From contig JAYEOX010000073.1 of the NCBI GenBank assembly GCA_034723415.1, positions 1 to 16,306 of the forward strand: a stretch of DNA of 16,306 nt. Direction: 5' to 3'. This stretch comes from Fidelibacterota bacterium. Its GTDB lineage: Bacteria; Fidelibacterota; Fidelibacteria; Fidelibacterales; Fidelibacteraceae. A program made the position numbers and the translations under genes. The notes below the pieces were generated by a model, which saw only the letters and a list, made by a program, of their open reading frames with translations, made no database searches and was not told where the DNA came from. Positions 16,305 to 16,306 of this stretch are shown piece by piece; within the stretch, counting starts at the first letter, position 1, and each line of letters opens with the position of its first letter.

Positions 16305-16306
16305 AA

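Overview
Very AT-rich bacterial DNA, probably from an FCB-superphylum organism (inferred from a PorX-like gene next to tsaE, a DUF6132-like protein, a GxxExxY gene and D-(S/T)-X glycosylation-like motifs). Left part (+ strand): GxxExxY (PD-(D/E)XK-like) gene enclosed by two same-orientation arrays of a 48-bp unit built from 8-bp subrepeats, an MMPL/RND transporter whose 3' end runs into a second repeat element, a DUF6132-like membrane protein, a patatin-like phospholipase and a degenerate amidohydrolase-like protein. Centre (- strand): a long housekeeping/envelope gene run: PorX-like REC-PglZ regulator, tsaE, tsaB, surE, LpoA-like periplasmic binding protein, uppP, holA, ECF sigma, zinc-finger anti-sigma. 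Right: a PaaI thioesterase and a CPBP (CAAX) protease cut by the window edge and followed by a ~130-bp attC-like imperfect hairpin. Most interesting: (1) the repeat-enclosed GxxExxY module and a possible empty relative at ~3.5-3.7 kb, (2) the attC-like site suggesting an integron-like gene cassette, (3) a 6 x 15-aa repeat insertion rich in D-S/T-X motifs in the LpoA-like protein. All calls come from motif recognition by eye; no searches were run.
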